From: a virus
Length of the DNA stretch: 64,000 nucleotides
Strand: one strand, 5' to 3'
IMG/VR virus record: IMGVR_UViG_3300025120_010946
Coordinates: 1-64,000 of that record
Position 1 is the stretch's first letter, and each line of letters starts with the position of its first letter. Position numbers and translations under genes: made by a program. The notes beneath the pieces are model-generated. The model saw only the letters and a list, made by a program, of their open reading frames with translations, was not told where the DNA came from and searched no databases. This document shows positions 62,530-64,000 of this stretch, one piece after another.

Positions 62530-63406
62530 ATTTTTGCATGGACAAGGACTTGGAAATCAACTATTTGCATATGTAACAACTAGAGTTTTAGCCCGTAGAC
62601 TGGGTTATGATTTTGGTATTAAAGGACTTCAGAGTGCAGGAGACTCTAGGGTTAATCAAAAAGGTTTTTATTTTATGAACCTTGATTATGGTAAAGAGGT
62701 TCCTGATAATCTTGTTAGATATAGTGAATACAGACACGCATTACATACTGACAAATGGTTGCATACTGATATCCGTTTAACTGATAGGGGTTTATTATCT
62801 ATTCCTAACAATCATATAATCTATGGTAATTTTCAATCTGAAGATTACTTCTATGATGAGATTAATTTGGTTAAGGAGTGGTTAAAAGTTCGTGTCATGT
62901 ACGAACATAGTGATACAAATGGAAAGAACATCTGTGTTCTGAATTTTCGTGGTGGAGATATGATTGGCAATGCTGGTGCATATGTCCCTAGATCATATTG
63001 GATAAATGCAATGGAGCATATGTCACAATATAATCCAAATATGGAATATTGTATTGTAACTGATGATGTTGAGGCTGCTAGAAATATGCTTCCCGATATT
63101 CCAGCATATCATGTTGATGTGGCATGGGATTATGTTGCTGTTAAGAATGCAAGGAATGTTATTTGCACCACATCCACTTTCTCCTGTTTTCCTCTTTGGA
63201 CATCAAAGAATCTAGAGATGTGTATCGCACCTAAGTACTGGTTCCATCACAACCTTTCAAAAGGTTGGTGGAGTTTGGGATGTAGCATTTATAGTTATCC
63301 AACATTTTATATGGATCGAGAAGGAAAACTCTTTACACCAGACGAATGTAGGGTAGAATGGGATGAGTACAAAAAGAAATCAAACATTTACGATGGTGAT
63401 CTATGA
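62516..63406 (+). CDS. GT11-like glycosyltransferase
   Basis: GLGNQLFAY, GNFQSEDYF, NFRGGD, STFS, IAPKYW; ATG 62516. Confidence 0.75.
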   Translation: MLATEFLHGQGLGNQLFAYVTTRVLARRLGYDFGIKGLQSAGDSRVNQKGFYFMNLDYGKEVPDNLVRYSEYRHALHTDKWLHTDIRLTDRGLLSIPNNHIIYGNFQSEDYFYDEINLVKEWLKVRVMYEHSDTNGKNICVLNFRGGDMIGNAGAYVPRSYWINAMEHMSQYNPNMEYCIVTDDVEAARNMLPDIPAYHVDVAWDYVAVKNARNVICTTSTFSCFPLWTSKNLEMCIAPKYWFHHNLSKGWWSLGCSIYSYPTFYMDREGKLFTPDECRVEWDEYKKKSNIYDGDL

Positions 63407-64000
63407 TGCCAAAAATTAATCTACATGATGTTACTCTGATATCTGTAGACACCACAGATGATCTATCAGGCACTCTTAATGGTGTCTTTACTAGTATGTC
63501 TGGCATTAATTATGGTGCCGTCAAACTTATTACTACACAAGAACAAATTGATAAAAATCCAGATCTTGTGAAAGAAGGTGTCACGATGGAAACTTCTGTT
63601 CGTGATATTAAAAACTATAATGATTACAACTATTATGTAATCTATCATCTACATGAACATGTTGATACATCACATTGTCTGTTAGTTCAACCGGATGGTT
63701 TTGTATTATTCGCAGACAAATGGGATGATACTTGGCTTGAATATGATTACATTGGTGCTCCATGGGCATACGTAGAGGATGCATACATTGATCCTTTTGG
63801 CAATCATCATAGAGTTGGTAATGGAGGATTTTCTATGCGTAGTAAAAAATTCCTTGAAGTTCCTACAAAGGTAGAAGTGCCTTGGGAAACAAACAATAGT
63901 GACTTTTACTGGATGCCTGAAGGTATTGTGAACTATCATGAGGATGGTAATGTCTGTGTTCACAACAGACATATCTTTCAAGAACAAGGTATGAAATATG
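63403..64000 (+). CDS. DUF5672-like putative glycosyltransferase (3' truncated)
   Basis: Open to the window end: LLVQPDGFV, YDYIGAPW, VGNGGFSMRS, HED. Confidence 0.7.
   Translation, partial: MMPKINLHDVTLISVDTTDDLSGTLNGVFTSMSGINYGAVKLITTQEQIDKNPDLVKEGVTMETSVRDIKNYNDYNYYVIYHLHEHVDTSHCLLVQPDGFVLFADKWDDTWLEYDYIGAPWAYVEDAYIDPFGNHHRVGNGGFSMRSKKFLEVPTKVEVPWETNNSDFYWMPEGIVNYHEDGNVCVHNRHIFQEQGMKY

Noticed and set aside
1-64000. CRISPR array, IS element, integrase or stop-codon reassignment
   Set aside because: No spaced direct repeats, transposase or integrase seen; genes end normally at TAA/TAG/TGA; no suppressor tRNA

Overview
64 kb of the core genome of a T4-like marine cyanomyophage (AT-rich; essentially all genes on the + strand). 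Order: virion accessory genes, then terminase gp17, tail sheath/tube, portal, prohead protease, scaffold and major capsid gp23; gp3, uvsY, uvsW, late sigma gp55, gp47/46; a VWA-peptidase plus CobS-like MoxR ATPase; gp45/44/62 interrupted by a DenV-like gene and a Dam-like methylase; regA, hsp20, gp43, uvsX, gp41, mazG; a late-promoter island (about 37.0-43.6 kb); primase and nrdAB; six tRNAs; and a glycan-synthesis operon of at least 12 genes running off the right end. Best candidate for an undescribed system: a set of late proteins that look like prohead cargo. They carry T4-style capsid-targeting N-termini (MKTFKEFIRE, MKSFFQFLSE) and gp21-type cleavage junctions. One small member copies the predicted mature N-terminal arm of gp23 (14/19 identical), and another is a nucleotidyltransferase that may be packaged and injected. 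Second theme: several unannotated RNA-level elements, including a structured ncRNA between two tRNAs, a ROSE-like thermometer on hsp20, a Met-Leu-stop minigene hairpin and a palindromic bidirectional promoter at gp55. Family assignments come from motif recognition by eye; no searches were run.
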